A DNA stretch of 64,000 nucleotides from Acidobacteriota bacterium (GCA_963666215.2 CAXWPL010000001.1:416001-480000); one strand, 5' to 3'. Counted from the stretch's first letter, positions 40,615 to 51,844 are shown. The notes: generated by a model from the sequence alone, not told the origin. Numbers and translations are program-made.

Positions 40615-42015
40615 GGTGATGTCTCGCTTTCCGTTGAAAAAGGTGACGGTGATCCGACCTCGATAGTGTGTCGGGGTCAATCCACTGGCATGGAGGATCA
40701 CCGTCATGAGCAAGAGTCGCAGAACAGAGACAAGTAGGAAAGCGGAGCGCCAAGAGAACCCGCTCCTGGAGGCAGTGGTAGCGGCGCGATCGGATCTACG
40801 AGCGCTGGTCATGGACGCGGGCTTCGGGGTGTTGGGTTCGCTGCTGGAAGAAGACCGGGCGGAGCTCTGCGGAGAGCGCTACGCGCGGTCACAGCAGCGG
40901 CGGGCGTACCGACACGGCTACGACGAGGGCTCGCTGGTGATGGGCGGCCGGCGGGTCAAGGTACGCAAGCCGCGGGCTCGGAGCGTCGATGGCCAAGAGC
41001 TGCCGCTGCCGCACTGGGAGAGGTTCAAGGCAACAGATCCGCTCGAAGAGCGCGCCGAGCAGATCCTGTGCGGCGTCACGACGCGCAAGTACGAGCGCTC
41101 GTTAGAGGCTCGACGACGGGCGAGCTTCGTCGGGAACGAGTCGCTCGAGTGTGTCGCGGCGGTTCGTAGCGCGTACAGCCAAGCAGGTGCAGCAGTACCT
41201 GGCCCAACCGCTCAATGAAGTGGACCTGCCGGTGCTGGTGATCGACGGCACGCACATGGGCAAGCACTTGTTGGTGATCGCCATGGGCATCGACGCGGAC
41301 GGCGTCAAGCATGTGCTGGGTCGTAGAGGGCACCACGGAGAGCTCCCACGTGTGCCGGTCGCTGCTGCGGCAGTTGATCGAGCGCGGCATGCCCGTCGAA
41401 CGGGCGCGGTTGGTGGTAATCGATGGCTCCAAGGGCCTCCGTAAAGCAGTGCGCGACACGTTCGGCGAGTGGGCCCTGATCCAGCGCTGCCGTGTCCACA
41501 AGATCAAGAATGTATTGGAGCATCTGCCAGGGCATATCCGGCCCTGGTTCGCAGCCAAGATCCGCAAGGCGTGGAAGGCGGAGACGGCCACGGCAGCGAC
41601 CAAGCAGCTCGACGCCGTGGTCAAGGAGCTGGAGACCGATCACCCCGGTGCAGCGGCCTCGCTCAGAGAAGGAATGCAAGAGACGCTCACCGTCACTCGG
41701 CTCCGAGTTCAGGGGCCGCTGCTTCGGACGTTACGTTCAACGAATACGATCGAGAACCTGAACGGGACGATCAAACACGTCAGCCGCAACGTAAAGCGGT
41801 GGCGCTCCGGGAGCATGATCGTTCGATGGGCGGTTACTGCACTCATCGAGGCCGAGAGCAAGTTCCGGAGGGTTCGTGGCTACCGCGACATCGCCAAGCT
41901 CGATGCCGCACTCAACACCGCCGTCGACGTTCCCCTTGAGCAGGAGCGCCGTACTGCGTAACAATCCCCAACCACTTCACCGTCGCCTTAGTTCAACGGA
42001 CGGTGGGACATCCCC
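40615..42015 (+). mobile_element. IS256-family element
   Basis: About 39-bp imperfect IRs: left ggtgatgtctcgctttccgttgaa, right (reverse complement) ggggatgtcccaccgtccgttgaa; no target duplication seen. Confidence 0.88.
40706..41961 (+). pseudogene. IS256 transposase with two frameshifts
   Basis: YRHGYDEG..VRKPRAR; VIDG..AMGIDADG.KHVLG; IDGSKGL, QRCRVHK, LRSTNTIE spread over three frames. Confidence 0.88.
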
Positions 42016-42158
42016 CGACGGCCATGATGACCGCGTGATCGACGCCGTCGATCGTGGTCATGGGCACTGGAGAGCGAAAGAGCACGGCCGGCGACGATCG
42101 TGGCCCGCCCGCTCAAACCGACGAGCCACGAGCAAACCGACTCGCTCACGGACCCCGC

Positions 42159-43169
42159 TCACGGCGTCAGGACGATCTTGCCGAAAGCCTCACGCTCCTC
42201 AACCAGGCGCTCGGCCTCCGCCGCCTCGCTCAGCGGCATCACACGGTCGATCACCGGAACCAGCTGTTGCTCGGTCGCCAGGCGCATGAGCTCGACCAGA
42301 TCCTCGACCTTCCAGCCGTTGCAGCCGAGGATGTTGTGCTCGAACGTCCAGATATAGCGGATGTCGGTGGGCGGGCCGAAACCCGCCGTCGCGCCACACG
42401 TGAGCAAACGACCTCCGTGCGAGAGGCACTGCAAAGACGGCACCCAGGTGTCGCCGCCGGTGAAGTTGACCACCACGTCGGCGCCGCCATCCCCACCCGC
42501 CTTGTGCGGCCTGCCCCAGAGCCTGGACACCTCGTTGCGGAAGCTCCGGTTCTTGTAGTTGATCAGATGGTCGGCACCCAGCTCGGCAAGGCGCGCCAAC
42601 ATCGCGTCCGAGCTGGCGCAGGCGGCGACCTCGGCACCCACGAGCTTGGCCAGCAGCACACAGCCGGTGCCCACGCCGCCGCTGGCGCCCAGAATCAGAA
42701 CTCGGTCGCTCTCGGCAACACGTCCGCGCGTGATCATCATCCGATACGCCGTGCCGTAGGCTAGCGGTAGCGCCGCGGCGATCTCGAAGCTCAGCTTGTC
42801 GGGCATCCCGAGCAACTGGCTCGCGGGAACCCGCATGAGCTCGGCACGACCGCCGTCGCAGGTTTCGCCCACCATCTCGAAGCGTTGGCCGGAAGCCCAG
42901 GCCGGGTCCACCAGCACGCGATCGCCGCGGGCCCAGCCGTCGACGCGGTCACCGAGCTCGAACACCTCTCCCGCAACGTCCGAACCGGTGATCAAGGGCA
43001 GCGGCGTCTTGATGCCCGGCATACCGCGACGCGAAAAGATGTCGTGGAAATTGACCGACGTGGCGCGAACACGCACCACCACGTCGTCGGGCCCCGGAAC
43101 CGGATCGGGAACTTCCCTGTACACGATCTGGTCGAGACCGCCGTGACCCACAAGAACGGACGCTTTCAT
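42159..43169 (-). CDS. Zinc-binding (MDR) dehydrogenase/reductase
   Basis: GSDVAGEV, LILGASGGVG, GRLLTCGATAG, FGKIVL. Confidence 0.88.
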   Translation of the reverse strand: MKASVLVGHGGLDQIVYREVPDPVPGPDDVVVRVRATSVNFHDIFSRRGMPGIKTPLPLITGSDVAGEVFELGDRVDGWARGDRVLVDPAWASGQRFEMVGETCDGGRAELMRVPASQLLGMPDKLSFEIAAALPLAYGTAYRMMITRGRVAESDRVLILGASGGVGTGCVLLAKLVGAEVAACASSDAMLARLAELGADHLINYKNRSFRNEVSRLWGRPHKAGGDGGADVVVNFTGGDTWVPSLQCLSHGGRLLTCGATAGFGPPTDIRYIWTFEHNILGCNGWKVEDLVELMRLATEQQLVPVIDRVMPLSEAAEAERLVEEREAFGKIVLTP

Positions 43170-43603
43170 TCGACCTTGTCCCCCTCGAACGATCCCCGCC
43201 TGCCAGGACGAGCCACGGTTCCACGTCCCAGCGCAACAACCTTGCCGCCGGCATCGCGCACCTCGGCGTCGACCACACACAGGCGTCCGCCGATCTTGCG
43301 AACCACACCAACCGCCTCGAGATCGCCGCGCGCCGGTCGCACCAGGTCGATCCTCAGATCTGCGGTGGCAACGTGCTCCTTCACCGCGGTGTAGGCGGCC
43401 CACCCCACAACGACGTCGATGAGCGCGCTGACCACGCCACCGTGCAGCCAGTCGGAGCCATCCACGCGCAGGAAATCGTCGCGAAACGGCAACCGCACGC
43501 GGATCTCTCCCTCGCTCACTTCGACGAGCTGCAAGCCCAGAGCTCGCTGGTACGGTGAGATCTCCAGGTCCTTCTGATGTACGTCAGCTGTCGGCTCAGG
43601 CAC
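43166..43603 (-). CDS. PaaI-family thioesterase
   Basis: LHGGVVSALID hotdog motif, TADLRIDLVRP. Confidence 0.88.
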   Translation of the reverse strand: MPEPTADVHQKDLEISPYQRALGLQLVEVSEGEIRVRLPFRDDFLRVDGSDWLHGGVVSALIDVVVGWAAYTAVKEHVATADLRIDLVRPARGDLEAVGVVRKIGGRLCVVDAEVRDAGGKVVALGRGTVARPGRRGSFEGDKVE

Positions 43604-43630
43604 GGGTGCTCACGGTATTCCCCTCAGCGG

Positions 43631-45284
43631 TCAGACAGGCGCGCCGGCCTCCCGTTCGGCCATCTTCTGCATGGCCGCGCGGTCGGGCTTCCCTGTGCCG
43701 CCCAGCGGCAACGCGTCGACGAACAATACCCGCCGCGGGTGGCCATAGGCGGCGCCGTGACGCAAATAGAACTCTTTCAGCTCCTGTTCTGCCACCAGAA
43801 TCGCGGCCGAATCGAGTGCAGCAGACTGGCTCAGGTCGGCGCAACTGTCGTGCTCGACATCCGGCCGGGAAGCCGGCACCACGATAGCCACAGGCACTCG
43901 ACCTTTCAGCCCGTGCGGCACCGAAACCACGCACACCTCGGTTACCGCTGGATGCCGCAGCAGAATGTCCTCGACCTCCTTTGGGTACACGTTCTCGCCG
44001 GCGACGTTGATCATGTCGTCCTGGCGGCCGACGAAGTAGAAGAAACCGTCGCCATCGCGCCGCATGAGGTCGCCGGTGTGCAGCCAGCCGTCACGTATTG
44101 TTTGGGCAGTGATGTCGGGCAATTTCCAGTACCCCGGTGTGACGCCCGGGTTGCGGGTGATCAGCTCGCCGGTCTGGTCAACACCCACGTCCGTCACGCT
44201 GTCCTCGCCGACGATCTTGACCTCACAGCCCTCGAACGCACGGCCGCAACTGCCGCGCCGCTTCGGAGCGCGCCGCTGGTTGACAACCGGAACCGGGCCA
44301 CCCTCGGTGAGCCCGTAGCTTTCCGCAATCTCGGCGCCGAAGACCTCGCGAAAGCGATCCAGAAGCTCGGCCGAGACCTCGGCTGAGCCGCACAGCGCGT
44401 AGCGCACCGACGACACGTCAGGAACGCTCGAAACAGCCGGCGGCCTCGTGGCCGAAGACTCGGTGCGTGGGCCAGACGCCAGCGACTCGAGCTCGTCGAG
44501 CATCATCTTGTACATCGCCGGCACGCCCGTGAGGTAGGTGATTCGATAGCGCTCGATCGAGCGCACGACCTCAGCCGCATCGAAACCCGGCAGAATCACC
44601 ACCGATCCGCCGGCGAGCAGGAAGGGCTTCACCGCACCGATCATCGCGTTCTTATGAAACAGGGGGTACCGCCACCAGGGCTCTTTCGGTTGAATTGGCC
44701 TCGATCGCGCGGCGGACGACGTCGGTGTTCCAGATCTGCCCGCGATGGGTGCGCTGTACGCCCTTCGGCTTGCCGGTGGAGCCCGACGTGTAGGGCTGCA
44801 TGCAGATCTCGTCGGACTCGACGGCGCGCCGCGGCAGCGCCGCCGAAGCCTCCGAGAACACCTGCGCCGTCCCCGACTCGTCGAGCAACACCGGCCGCAG
44901 GCCGGCAACACGCCCAGCCATGCCGAGAGCCCTGTCGGCCTGGGATTGGTTGGCAATCACCACTGGCGCGTCGGCATCGCGGAGGACGTACTCGAGCGGC
45001 TCGTCGCTCATCCTCGTGTTGAGCGGCAGCGCCACGGCCCCGAGTCGAATGGCGCCGAAGAAGCACTCCACAAAGCGGGCGTCGTTGGTGAACATCAACG
45101 CCACACGGTCACCCGCTCTGACCCCGAGCGACGCCAAGCCGTTGGCGACGCGATTGCAGCGAGCGTCGAGCCGTGCGTAGCTGATGGACTCGTCGCGCTC
45201 GAGGATCGCCGCGGCCTCCGGAGCGCGCTCGAGCGCTCCGTCGAACAGATAGCCCAGGCTAACGGGAAGACCGTCCCTGTTCAT
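43631..45284 (-). pseudogene. Acyl-CoA ligase with a +1 frameshift in a homopolymer (44662-44666)
   Basis: YTSGSTGKPKG in one frame; PLFHKNA, YGLTEG, GWLHTGD, GENVYPKEVE in another. Confidence 0.85.
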
Positions 45285-45583
45285 CCTCGAGATCCCGGCT
45301 GCTGATTGCCGCCCGAAGAGTCGCCGGGCTGGCCTCGATGGCCACGATCGCGGCCGGGCTCCTGGCGAGGACCCGTCTCCCGACGGCGATCGGGCTGCGA
45401 CAGCACGCCAATACAGCCGATCGTGACCAGCACGCCGGCCACGAACAGGACCGCGCCCCCGTCCCCTGATAGCCACCGCGCGGCGCCGTACAGGGCAAGC
45501 GCGTTGGCCAGCAGGTTGACGATCAGCCCCCACACCCTGCCCGAGAACGGGCCCAAACGAGACTCGAGAAGCTGCAGGCTCAC
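45281..45583 (-). CDS. Small membrane protein
   Basis: Two hydrophobic helices; start and stop overlap both neighbours. Confidence 0.55.
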   Translation of the reverse strand: MSLQLLESRLGPFSGRVWGLIVNLLANALALYGAARWLSGDGGAVLFVAGVLVTIGCIGVLSQPDRRRETGPRQEPGRDRGHRGQPGDSSGGNQQPGSRG

Positions 45584-46935
45584 GACACCCACCATCCCAG
45601 TCGATTGAAGATGTAAACGATGCCGATGGCGTTGAGCAGCGTGATCTGCGCCAACAGCCCGACGTTCCACAGCCGCGATGTGCAGCGATCCTCGCCCATC
45701 ACCTCGCGGTCGTTGAGCAGCAGGTACATCGACCAGCCAACGATGTTGTTGGTCAACGACAGAAAGGCCGCGAGGGCGACCACCAGCCAGATCGGACGCG
45801 GGTACCAGACCGCCAGAAAGCCGATTTGCGGCAGCAAGGCGGTGATCCGCCAGCGCCAGGAGCTGGTGTCGGGCTCCCAGCCGAAGGCCTCGTGCACCGC
45901 CATCGCGCCGGCCAGGCTCATACCCACGGTCGTGGTGATCGGCACGGCGAGGAAGCCCAGGTAGAACAGCACCTGGGCGCCGGTCGAACCCAGCAGGGGG
46001 AGCAGAGCCTGGCTGAGCTCTGGAGCCGTCTCGGGGTTGATCCCCTGGGCGTATAGCGTGCGCGCGAACACGCCGATCACCAGGTAGTTGATCACGACGA
46101 AAGGAATGAACAGACCGAAGACCATGTCGAAGCGGGCCAGCTGCTCGTGACGGCGTCCCCAGCCGCGCGCCAACCCGGCGTAGTGGAAAAAGACCCAGTC
46201 CATCACCCCGATCGCGGCGGCCGACGAGGCGATGAACAGATCCAAGCCTTCGCCACCGCGTGGTAACCAGGGAACGAATGTGCCCTGCAGCGCGGCGCGC
46301 CAGTCAACCCCGACAACCAGCAGGCATGCGCCAAAGCACACCAGCATGAGCGCGATGCTGAGCTTCATGAAGCGCTCGACCGCCCGCGTGCCTGCGCCAC
46401 CACGCCGCCCGTAGCTCAGCGTCAGCCAGCTGGTGAGCGCAACATAGAAAACCCAGTTCACCCGACGCGGCAGCTCGAGCCCCGGCACCATCAGCGGGGC
46501 CGCCGATTCGATCAGGTGGGTGGCGAGGCTGACCTGGCCGTAGTTGAAGACGATGGCCACGAAGGTCGTCCCCACCAGCGCCGTCATCAATGAGCCCACC
46601 AGCCAGCCGTGACGCCGGTTTTGAGCCTGGATCACACGGAACCCGCCTCGGCATGTGAAGCGCGCCATCGCGGCCATCATGAAGAGCCCCAGCCCCATCG
46701 ACAGCCAGATCAGCCACATCGTGCGGTAACCAAACCGCGCGCCCGACAGCATCGACGCCGTCAACGTGCCGGCCCCGAGCGTCAGCGCCGCCCCCATGAA
46801 GCCAGGCCCGGCGAGACGCAAATAACCGCCGGCATGCTGTGCCAGAGGGGCACCGCGAAGCTCCTCCAGCAAAGCGGCCTCGGCATCGAGGCGCTCGGCG
46901 GGAATCTCCTCGGCGATCGGGTAGCGAGAGCTCAT
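45580..46935 (-). CDS. Nramp-like transporter
   Basis: GPGFMGAALTLGAGT..GARFGY; many TM helices. Confidence 0.8.
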   Translation of the reverse strand: MSSRYPIAEEIPAERLDAEAALLEELRGAPLAQHAGGYLRLAGPGFMGAALTLGAGTLTASMLSGARFGYRTMWLIWLSMGLGLFMMAAMARFTCRGGFRVIQAQNRRHGWLVGSLMTALVGTTFVAIVFNYGQVSLATHLIESAAPLMVPGLELPRRVNWVFYVALTSWLTLSYGRRGGAGTRAVERFMKLSIALMLVCFGACLLVVGVDWRAALQGTFVPWLPRGGEGLDLFIASSAAAIGVMDWVFFHYAGLARGWGRRHEQLARFDMVFGLFIPFVVINYLVIGVFARTLYAQGINPETAPELSQALLPLLGSTGAQVLFYLGFLAVPITTTVGMSLAGAMAVHEAFGWEPDTSSWRWRITALLPQIGFLAVWYPRPIWLVVALAAFLSLTNNIVGWSMYLLLNDREVMGEDRCTSRLWNVGLLAQITLLNAIGIVYIFNRLGWWVS

Positions 46936-47071
46936 TCGCCTGCCGGCTGCGGGTTCACACGGGTCGTCGGCGCCGGATTCTAGCGCGGGCTGCCCTCAAA
47001 CATCCCGTCCAGGCTGACGGCCGCCAGCATGCAGGTGAGAACCGTGGCCTCACGTCGCTCGGCGAGCGCCA

Positions 47072-48067
47072 TCAGCCTGTGGTCGACTCGGCGCGCTCGG
47101 CGTCGATGCCCGGCTTGCGGCGTCGTACCAAGCGCCTGACCTGTGTGCTCAATACGAGGGCGACACCGGCAATCGTGATCGCTGCTGCGAGCAACGTGCG
47201 GGCGGTGATCGGCTCGCCGAGAACCAGCCAGCCGAGCGTGACAGCGACCAACGGGTTGACGAACGCATAGCTCGACGCTTTCGCCGGCGACTCATGCGAC
47301 AGCAGCCATAGGTAGGCGGCGATGCCGATCATCGAACCCACGATCACCAGATACGCGAACGCCACAAGGATGCTCGCCCCGAGCGCCGCGGTCGTCAGGC
47401 TCGCGTGCTCGCCAAGCGACAGGGAGACCACGGCGCAAGCCGCGCCGCCGGTGATTTGCTGCATCACCATTCCCTGCGCCGATGGCGCCCCTTGCCAGCG
47501 CCGCGCCAGCACGCTTCCCAGCGACCAGGTGATGGCCGACACCACCACCAGCGTCGCCCCGATCGGATCGATGCGGTCGACCCCGCTCAACTTCCAGGGC
47601 TCGAGCAGAAGCATCAGCCCGGTCAAGCCGACGCCAACACCGAGCAGCTCACGCGGTCGGGCGGCCGCGGCGGCGTCGCTCACCCAGACCATCAGCAGTA
47701 TCCACAGCGGGATCGTGGTAGCGATGACCGCGGTGATCCCGGAGCCAATCGCCGGCATGCCGGCGAACAGCAGGGCGTTGCCACCGAGAAACATCAGCGA
47801 GCCACTCACCGCGGCCTTGAGCCAGGCTCTCCCCGAGGCCGGCCGCCATCGGCGGCTGAGCACCACCCAGGCGCACACCGGCAGCCCGGCGGCAAGATTG
47901 CGCGCCGCCGCCAACATGAACGGCGGCACCGCGTCTACCGCCACGCGGCCCGCCAGATAGCTCGAGCCCCAGCCGAAATAGACGACGAAGAGCGCCCCCG
48001 GCAGCAGCCAGCCGCTTTCAGGAGCCGGGATCGACGTCCTGGACGAGGGAACAGGCGAGGTGGTCAC
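47072..48067 (-). CDS. EamA/DMT-family transporter (YedA-like)
   Basis: VYFGWGSSYLA, AYLWLL, SYAFVNPLVAV. Confidence 0.88.
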   Translation of the reverse strand: MTTSPVPSSRTSIPAPESGWLLPGALFVVYFGWGSSYLAGRVAVDAVPPFMLAAARNLAAGLPVCAWVVLSRRWRPASGRAWLKAAVSGSLMFLGGNALLFAGMPAIGSGITAVIATTIPLWILLMVWVSDAAAAARPRELLGVGVGLTGLMLLLEPWKLSGVDRIDPIGATLVVVSAITWSLGSVLARRWQGAPSAQGMVMQQITGGAACAVVSLSLGEHASLTTAALGASILVAFAYLVIVGSMIGIAAYLWLLSHESPAKASSYAFVNPLVAVTLGWLVLGEPITARTLLAAAITIAGVALVLSTQVRRLVRRRKPGIDAERAESTTG

Positions 48068-48249
48068 AGCGGGCAGCCCGGGAAACGAGGAATCGACGAC
48101 ACCGACCTGGAGGACCTGTCGATGCTACAGAACAGCGCCTGGATCTCCAACGCTGGTACGGCCAACCAGGTCGACGCATGACCCAACGAGCGGATGCAAG
48201 GCCATCTGGCGATTCGAAACAGAGCCCACGGCGACGAGGGTCGAGGTCT

Positions 48250-48870
48250 TCACCCCCTCGCCAATTCCGCACAGCGGTTCGAAGCGTTGGCGCTGTGCTT
48301 GCGACGCCTTGCGAAGCTCGGGACCCACGCGGTCAATACCAGCGCGACACCGGCGATCGTGATCGCCGCCGCGAGCAACGTACGCAAGCTGATCGGCTCG
48401 CTGAGAATCATCCAGCCGAGCGCCACCGCCACGACCGGGTTGACGAAGGCATAACTCGACGCCTTCGCCGGCGACACGCGCGAGAGCAGCCAGAGATACG
48501 CGCCCACGCCGAGCAGCTCGCGTGGTCGTGCCGTCGCACCTTCGTCGGTCATCCACACCATCAGCAGGATCCACAGCGGGATGGTGGTGTCGAGCGTGGC
48601 CGAGATGCCGGAGCCGAGCGGCATGCCGACGAAAAGCAGGCCGTAGCCGCCAAGAAAGAAGAGTGAGCCGATCACCGCGGCGCCACCCCAGGCCCGCCAG
48701 GAAGCTGGACGCAGCCGGCCCGTGAACGCGGCCCAGGCGTACAGCGCCAGTCCGGCGGCAAACGAGCGCGCGGCCGCGAGCAAGAACGGCGGCGCAGCGT
48801 CGAGCGCGATCCGGCCAGCCAGGAAGGTCGACCCCCAGCCGAAATAGACGACGAAGAACGCCGCCGGCAA
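48250..48870 (-). pseudogene. Second EamA copy with an in-frame internal deletion
   Basis: Close paralog of 47072-48067 but RELLGVG joins directly to AYLWLL. Confidence 0.8.
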
Positions 48871-48932
48871 CAGCCAGTCGTGCCCGGAAAAAGACGGAAG
48901 AGACGGCCGAAAGAGCAGAAGTACGGGCTCGC

Positions 48933-49412
48933 AAGGTCGACCTGATGCTCATCAACGAGCTGCCGCAATTTTCTGTTCGGCCCACCGGGGGCGGGCGGGT
49001 TTGATCTCGCCGCACTCAACATTCAGCGCGGGCGAGATCACGGCCTGGCCGACTACAACACCATCCGGACCAGCTACGGCCTGCACAGAATCAACAGCTT
49101 CTATCAGCTCGGTGGCGAGGTGCGTCACATGCTCCGTCTCGAGCAACTCTACGGCAGCATCGACGACGTCGACCTGTGGACCGGGGCCACGCCGAAAAGC
49201 CGCTGCGCGACGCGATGGTCGGCGCCACGTTCCACGCGATCATCCTCGACCAGTTCCAGCGCTTGCGCGACGGTGACCCGCACTTCTATATGAACCGCTT
49301 CTCGGGCGCCGTGCTGGACGAGATTCACAACACCACCCTCGCCCACGTGATTCGTCGCAACTCCGACATTGGCGACGAGCTGCCCGACAACGTCTTCCGA
49401 GTAAAGCCCTGA
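48933..49412 (+). pseudogene. C-terminal remnant of an animal-type heme peroxidase
   Basis: Manual translation RNFLFGPPGAGGFDLAALNIQRGRDHGLADYN, LYGSIDDVDLWTG, DQFQRLRDGD across frameshifts. Confidence 0.85.
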
Positions 49413-49421
49413 CCTCTGCTT

Positions 49422-50198
49422 TCAGTCGCTTCCGCGACGGTCGAGCTCGGTACGGAAACACGACCGCACGTCGGCGGGGAAATCGGCCTCGAGCAGATAC
49501 TCGAGGTAGTCGGTCGGGACGTCTCCGAGCGGTTCCCCACGGTGCTTGCCAAAGGCGAGTGTAATCTCGCCGTCGTCGTTGCGGCGCAGCTTCCGCTGCA
49601 GGTCGACGGCGCGGGGATCGACACACAGATCGTGGAGATCGTCGACCCTGGCTGGCAGGTCGGCATAACGGTCGAGTTGGCCGAGCAGCACATCGACGGT
49701 TGCGCGCGCGTCGGCAAGGGCATCGTGAGCGCCCTCGTGATCGCGGTCGCAGTAGAAGCGGACGGCGGCCGCGAGATCGCGGCGCTCGCGGCGATGAAAA
49801 ATGATCATCGGGTCGACGAAGCGGACTCCATCAAGATCGAGCGGGCGGCCGACACGCTCCATCTCGAAGGCGAGCATCGGGATGTCGAACCGAATCGCAT
49901 TGAAGCCGCACAGGTCGGCGCCAGCGACCGCGGTGAGAATCTCATCGGCCAGCTCGCTGAGCGTCGGCGCCGCGGCAGCCTGATCGTCGGTAATGCCGTG
50001 CACCGCTGACGCCTCGGGAGGGATCGGCATCTCCGGGTTGACCAGCCACTGCGACTCGCTTCTGCCGCCTCCCGGATCAATCCGCACCATCGCGATCTGC
50101 ACGATGCGGTCGCGGTTGACGTCGGTGCCGGTGGCCTCGAGGTCGAAGACCACCAACGGGCGCAGCTGCTGGAGTTGACGAGTCATCAGATCATCCAA
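49422..50198 (-). CDS. DEDDh 3'-5' exonuclease (DnaQ-like)
   Basis: VFDLEATG, FNAIRFD, HDALADA; C-terminal FGKHRG motif. Confidence 0.9.
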   Translation of the reverse strand: MDDLMTRQLQQLRPLVVFDLEATGTDVNRDRIVQIAMVRIDPGGGRSESQWLVNPEMPIPPEASAVHGITDDQAAAAPTLSELADEILTAVAGADLCGFNAIRFDIPMLAFEMERVGRPLDLDGVRFVDPMIIFHRRERRDLAAAVRFYCDRDHEGAHDALADARATVDVLLGQLDRYADLPARVDDLHDLCVDPRAVDLQRKLRRNDDGEITLAFGKHRGEPLGDVPTDYLEYLLEADFPADVRSCFRTELDRRGSD

Positions 50199-50340
50199 AT
50201 GAGATCGTTCAATGGGTTGAGTCGGACCAGCACCTATGCTGGAGTGGCCGCCTGCTCAACTCCAGCGACGGCCGCCACCTGCGTTGTGTGGAGAGGAGAG
50301 ATCGAGAAAGCTTGCCACGCCTTCAAACGAGAGAGACCTC

Positions 50341-51783
50341 ATGAAATCTCGACGCCTGGCGCTTCGACCCACGCCCCTCGCGGTCACCCTTTTTGTTCTG
50401 CTCGCAGCGCCGCTCGCCGACGCGCAGCAGCCGCTGCCGGCACGCACGCCGCAGACCGACGCGGAAGCCGTTCGCCTGGCGCGCAACGAGAAGCTCGACC
50501 TGATCCTGCCCGGCGCCATGCGCGACAACAATATCGACATGTGGATTCACGTCAGCCGCTACGGTGGCATCTTCGCGAGCGACCACGGCGACCCGATGGA
50601 CAGGCACTTCGGCCGCACCTCTGGCTACCTGATCTTCACCGACCTCGGCGATCGCATCGAGCGTGCCGTGTTCGGCAGCCCGGGAGCCGTCGAGAAGATC
50701 GACGTGTGGGGCCCCGACAACGTCGCCCTGGCGCTGGACGGCTGGAACTACAACAACACCGACCCCCGGATTGGCTACAGCGTTCCCGAGGTCTACCAGG
50801 AGATCACGGACTTCGTGGCCCAGCGCGATCCGCAGACGATCGCCGTCAACACCTCCGACTGGTTGCCGCTGGCCGACGGCATCTCGCACTCGGCGTACCA
50901 GCGGCTGGTGCAGATTCTCGGCTCGAAGTACTCCGAGCGATTGGTCTCGGCGGAGAACGTCATCACCGACTTCGTCGTCCGCCGGACCACTCGGGAGATC
51001 GCGGCGCAGGTGGAGGTGCTGGCACTGGCTCGCCAGCGGGCGCTGCAGAATCTGGAGAAGGTGGTGCCCGGCGTTACGACGGCCGGCGAGATTGGTGCGC
51101 GCATGTACTACTCGGCAACCAACACGCCCGACAAAACAGTGCCGAAGTCAACACCCGACGCCCGATGGTTCTTCCGCGACCCCGACTACGTCCTGCAACC
51201 GGGTGACCTGTTCGTCGGCGGCGGCGGCCGCGGCGGTGGCCCCCGGGGCGAGTACATGGGCTTCGACGTCGACACCAAGATCCACGCCTACATCCTGCGC
51301 GAAGGTGAGACCGAGGTCCCCGAGTTCATCCAGAACGTCTTCGACGAGGCGATTGCCGGCCAGTGGATTATGCGCGACCACATGCGCATCGGCATGACCG
51401 CCAAGGAGTCGCTCGACGCCATGGTGGCGGCGATGGAAGAGGCCGGCTACGTGTACACGCCGTTCATCGATATCGGTACCAAGGACTACGAGATCATCCA
51501 GGACGGGCTCGCCAACACCCACAAGCCCGGCTTCTCGATCGACAACCACGCCTTCGGCAACAGCGGCGAGGTGGGCCCCCCGATGGCGGCGTTCCGTGCC
51601 GACACGCACCACTTGGTGATCCGTGAGAACCACCTGTTCGCCTTCGAGTACATGGTGCACATGAACATCGACGAGCGGCCCGGCTATCCCCTGGCGTTCA
51701 ACATCTCGAACCCGCAGGTTGTCACGAGCCGGGGGATGGAGTTCATCCAGCCGCCCAACGAGAAGATCTTCCTGATTCGCTAG
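50341..51783 (+). CDS. Secreted M24-family (Xaa-Pro aminopeptidase-like) protein
   Basis: Signal peptide; LPGAMRDNNIDMWI, LQPGDL, D.D...AYILREGE, FAFEY. Confidence 0.75.
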   Translation: MKSRRLALRPTPLAVTLFVLLAAPLADAQQPLPARTPQTDAEAVRLARNEKLDLILPGAMRDNNIDMWIHVSRYGGIFASDHGDPMDRHFGRTSGYLIFTDLGDRIERAVFGSPGAVEKIDVWGPDNVALALDGWNYNNTDPRIGYSVPEVYQEITDFVAQRDPQTIAVNTSDWLPLADGISHSAYQRLVQILGSKYSERLVSAENVITDFVVRRTTREIAAQVEVLALARQRALQNLEKVVPGVTTAGEIGARMYYSATNTPDKTVPKSTPDARWFFRDPDYVLQPGDLFVGGGGRGGGPRGEYMGFDVDTKIHAYILREGETEVPEFIQNVFDEAIAGQWIMRDHMRIGMTAKESLDAMVAAMEEAGYVYTPFIDIGTKDYEIIQDGLANTHKPGFSIDNHAFGNSGEVGPPMAAFRADTHHLVIRENHLFAFEYMVHMNIDERPGYPLAFNISNPQVVTSRGMEFIQPPNEKIFLIR

Positions 51784-51844
51784 CAGACCGAGTCTGCTCG
51801 AGAGAGCTCGTGCCGAATGTCTCCGATCGAGCGGATGTCGCGCT

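Noticed and set aside
44662-44666. Programmed frameshift or phase variation in the acyl-CoA ligase
   Set aside because: A G5 run is short; a sequencing indel or simple mutation is more parsimonious
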